DNA of 64,000 nucleotides from Centroscyllium fabricii (lineage: Eukaryota), in contig JBNRSN020000014.1 of NCBI GenBank assembly GCA_051313645.2, forward strand, positions 120,776,001 to 120,840,000, written 5' to 3'. The position numbers and the translations under genes were made by a program. The notes under the pieces are model-generated. The model saw nothing but the letters and a program-made list of their open reading frames with translations. It had not been told where the DNA came from and made no database searches. Positions 60,700 through 64,000 of the stretch are shown piece by piece. How positions within the stretch are numbered: position 1 is the stretch's first letter; every line of letters begins with the position of its first letter.

Positions 60700-62315
60700 T
60701 TTCCAAATCACACTGATGATGCAGTGTCACCATCTGCTGACAGAATATGGTATTAAATAGTTTACTACGTACAGTTTTGGTCTCCTTATGTAAGGAAGGA
60801 TATACAGGTTGAGCACCGTTAATCCGGACACCGTTTGTCCGGCAACTTCAAACGTCCGGCACGAATCTGGCCGACTGGTGCGCGCATGTGCAGAATGGCC
60901 GCTGCGCTTGGCTGCGCATGCTCAGGCCGCTCCCCGACTGGTCTGCGCATGCGCAAAATAGCCACCGCGCGTGGCGGCGCATGCCTGGGCCTCCCCGATT
61001 GGTCTGCGCATGTGCAAAATGGCCGCCGCGCATGCGCAGACCAATCGGGGAGGCCTGTACCTGTACCAATATGGCCGCCGCGCTTGGCTGCGCATGCCCG
61101 GGCCTCTCGGCGAGCGCATGCGCAGACCATTCAAAATTTTGCGGTGGCCATTTTGAATGGGCTGCGCATGCGCTCAGCGAACTTCAATCATTCGGATTTT
61201 TCAAAAATTTGGCCCGGTCCTGGTCCTGACCCTGCCGGATTAACGAAGCTCAACCTGTACTTGTATTGGAGGCAGTTCAGAGGCGATTCACGCCGTTGAT
61301 TCCTGAGATGAGGGAGTTAACGTATGAGGAAGGTTGAGCAGGTTGGGCCTATACTCATTGGAATTTAGAAGAATGAGAGGTGATCTTATTGAAACATATA
61401 AAATACTGAGGGGTGCTCGTCTAGGTAGATGCAGAGAGGATGTTTCCCCTCGAGGGAAAATCTGGAACTTGGGGGCATAGTTTCATAAGAACATAAGAAA
61501 TAGGAGCAGGAGTAGGCCAATCGGCCCCTCGAGCCTGCTCCGCCATTCAACAAGATCGTGGCTGATCTGATCCTAACCTCAATTTTATTTTTACTCTCCA
61601 CCCCGCCCAGACCCATGTGATCACCTGTTTTAAATTTATTCAACGTAGCAGCTTCCACAGCTCTCTGGGGCAGCAAATTCCACAGCCCCACCACCCTCTG
61701 AGTGAAGAAGTTCCCCCTCATCTCAGTTTTGAAATGGCAGCCCCTTATTTTAAGATTATGCCCCCTAGTCCTAGTTTCACCCACCATTGGGAACATCCTC
61801 ACTGCATCCACCCGATCAAGCCCTCTCACAATCTTATATGTTTCAATAAGATCGCCTCTCATTCTTCTGAACTCCAATGAGTAGAGGCCCAATCTACTCA
61901 GCCTCTCGTCATATGTTAGCCCCCTCATCCCCGGAATTAACCTAGTGAACCTTCTCTGCACTGCCTCGAGAGCAAGTATGTCCTTTCTTAAATAGGGATA
62001 CCAGAACTGCACGCAGTATTCCAGGTGTGAATAAAAGGTCGCCCTTTTAGAACTGAGATGAGGAGGAATTTCCTCTCTCAGAGGGTCGTAAATCTGTGGA
62101 ATTCTCTGCCTCAGAGAGCCGTGGAGGCTGGGCCATTAAATACATTTAAGGTGGAGTTAGACAGATTTTTACAGGAAAAGGGAGTGAAGGGTTATGGGGA
62201 GCGGGCAGGGAAGCGGCTTTGAGCCCAAGATCAGCCATGATCTTATTGAATGGCGGTGCGGGCTCGAGGGGCCAAGTGGCCTATTCATGCTCCTATTTCT
62301 TATGTTCTTATGTAA
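60700..62315. mobile_element. Nested CR1 3' fragments (plus-strand host, minus-strand insert 61484-62030)
   Basis: CR1 C-terminal motifs on both strands and two tails. Confidence 0.8.
60805..61257. mobile_element. TA-TSD MITE, copy 4, inside a CR1 fragment
   Basis: TIR caggttgagcaccgttaatccgg / ccggattaacgaagctcaacctg; duplicated TA. Confidence 0.9.
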
Positions 62316-62682
62316 ATCAGACATTTACATTTTTTTGGCTAAACAAAATTCAATGGCCCAAATGGGGTTTGGACAAAATTCCACTTTTTTTTCCCGCAGG
62401 CATAATGACGGGCCAGAAAAATCCACCAATCAGACACAGTGTCAACCACAAATGCAGAGCAAGTACAGAGGCAGGGAAAGGGGGGAGGGGAGGAAAGAAC
62501 AAAGGGGAGGGTCAGCAATAGGGTGGAAGGCAGGAGAGATTAAATGACAAAAGGGATGATAGTGCAAGGCAAAAGGAGATGGTAATGGGACAAGTAAAGG
62601 AACAAAGGATGGGTCTAGAGGAGGTGTAAATGGGAACGGCTGAATCATCAACAGCTGCCATGTGAAAAAATAGGGGCAGAGG

Positions 62683-63500
62683 TTATAGTGTGAAATTGTG
62701 GAACTCGATGTTGAGTCTGGAAGGCTGTAAAGTGCCTAATCGAAAGATGAGGTGCTGTCCCTCGAGCTTACGTTGAGCTTCGTTGGAACAATGTACGAGG
62801 CAGAGGACAGAGAGATCAGAGTGGGAGTGGAGCGGAGAATTAAAGTGACAGGCGACTGGGTGTTTGGGGTCCCCCTTACGGACTGAACGGAGGTGTTCCG
62901 CAAAACAGTCACCCAATCTACGTTTGGTCTCCCCAATGTAGAGGAGACCACATCGTGAGCAGCGAATACCGTATACCAGATTGCAGCAAGTACACGTAAA
63001 TTGCTGTTTCACCTGGAAGGAGTGTTTGGGGCCCTGGACAGTGGGAAGGGAGGAGGTAAAAGGGCAGGTGTTGCATCTCCTGCGCTTGCACAGGAAGGTG
63101 CTGTGGGAAGGGGAAGGGGTGTTGTGGCTGATTGAGGAGTGGGCCAGGGTGTCGTGGAGGGAGCGATCCCTTCGGAATGCTGAGAGAGGAGGTGAGGGGA
63201 AGATGTGTTGGGTGGTGGGATCACGCTGGAGGTGGCAGAAATGGCGGAGGATGATCCGTTGAATGTGGAGGCTGGTGGGGTGAAAGGTGAGGACAATGGG
63301 AACCCTATCGTGGTTCTTGGAGGGGGGGGAGGGGAAGGGGTGAGAGTGGGAGTGGAGTGCAGGAAATTGAATGGAAGTGCGGGAAATGGAATGGACATGC
63401 TCAGAGGCCATGGTAGAGGGGATTCCTTGGTTGAGGAAAAAGGAAGACATATAGGAAGCACTAGTATGGAAGGTGGCATCGTCAGAACAGATGCAACCCT
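62683..63500 (-). mobile_element. Penelope-like element, GIY-YIG endonuclease region
   Basis: CNTC, NLVYGIRCSRCGLLYIGETKR, EH, HFN, LGTLQPSRLNIEF. Confidence 0.9.
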
Positions 63501-63529
63501 GTAGGAGGTTACGTTCCCGCCAGCCGCAC

Positions 63530-64000
63530 CCCCCCCCCCGCAGACGTCTGCGGATTCGGACTTCGAAGCCATGGAAATGTTTTGGCTAGCCGGTGTAACT
63601 TTTAGGGAGAAGCGCTTTACCGTATCGGGGTGTACAAAACTCGCTGTACTCCCGCTGTCGAAAAGGCAGTCCGTATTTCGCCCGTTCACCTGCACCGTCA
63701 TCATCGACTTGCTGAGTGGTTGACTCCTGTCCTGGTCGAGAGTGATTGAGGCCAGGATCGGGCCCGTTGGGTCGGTAGAGGGGTCTGGGGCCTGATCCCA
63801 AGATCGCTGCTGCCACGCGGCGGGCTGTGTGGAAGATGGCTGTGTCCAAGATGGCGTCTGCTCCCACGCGGCGGGCTGTGTGGAAGATATCTGCGTCCAA
63901 GATGGCGCTGCCGGCTGTGTCCAAGATGGCTGCCCCCATGGGCCACACGCGGCGCTGCCAGGTTTGGGGGTCGATTGCGCTGCCGCTCTGCATACCTTGG
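63530..64000 (-). mobile_element. Gypsy gag/protease fragment, relative of the 10323 element
   Basis: VNGRNTDCLFDSGSTASFVHPDTV...ISMASKSESADV is close to the 10647 ORF. Confidence 0.88.

Overview
Vertebrate genomic DNA, most likely a cartilaginous fish (shark), inferred from HE1/V-SINE, SacSINE/DeuSINE-like, LF-SINE-like and CR1 repeats. The window is mostly nested transposons. One host gene can be assembled by hand on the minus strand from 4 phase-consistent GT-AG coding exons (46772-46703, 39849-39803, 31850-31722, 21779-21537). It encodes a 162-aa GPI-anchored Ly6/uPAR (three-finger) protein with a 12-Cys LU domain; the ORF track shows only its last exon. A CpG-rich candidate promoter of a second minus-strand gene lies near 1.4-1.9 kb. 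Mobile elements include five two-LTR Gypsy-type elements, a Gypsy fragment, several solo LTRs, CR1, L2, RTE and Penelope-like elements, a decayed Harbinger transposase and MITEs of three superfamilies. The most notable observations are: (i) two LTR elements with no tRNA primer site whose PBS is instead complementary to their own LTR (one Tf1/sushi-like and fully non-coding, one pairing with its own polyA signal); (ii) a ~130-nt structured module inserted into a CR1 3' UTR subfamily; (iii) a TA-targeting MITE family with shared ends but different interiors rich in NRF1/YY1-like motifs; (iv) minimal hammerhead ribozymes in Penelope-like ends. All family names come from motif recognition, not database searches.
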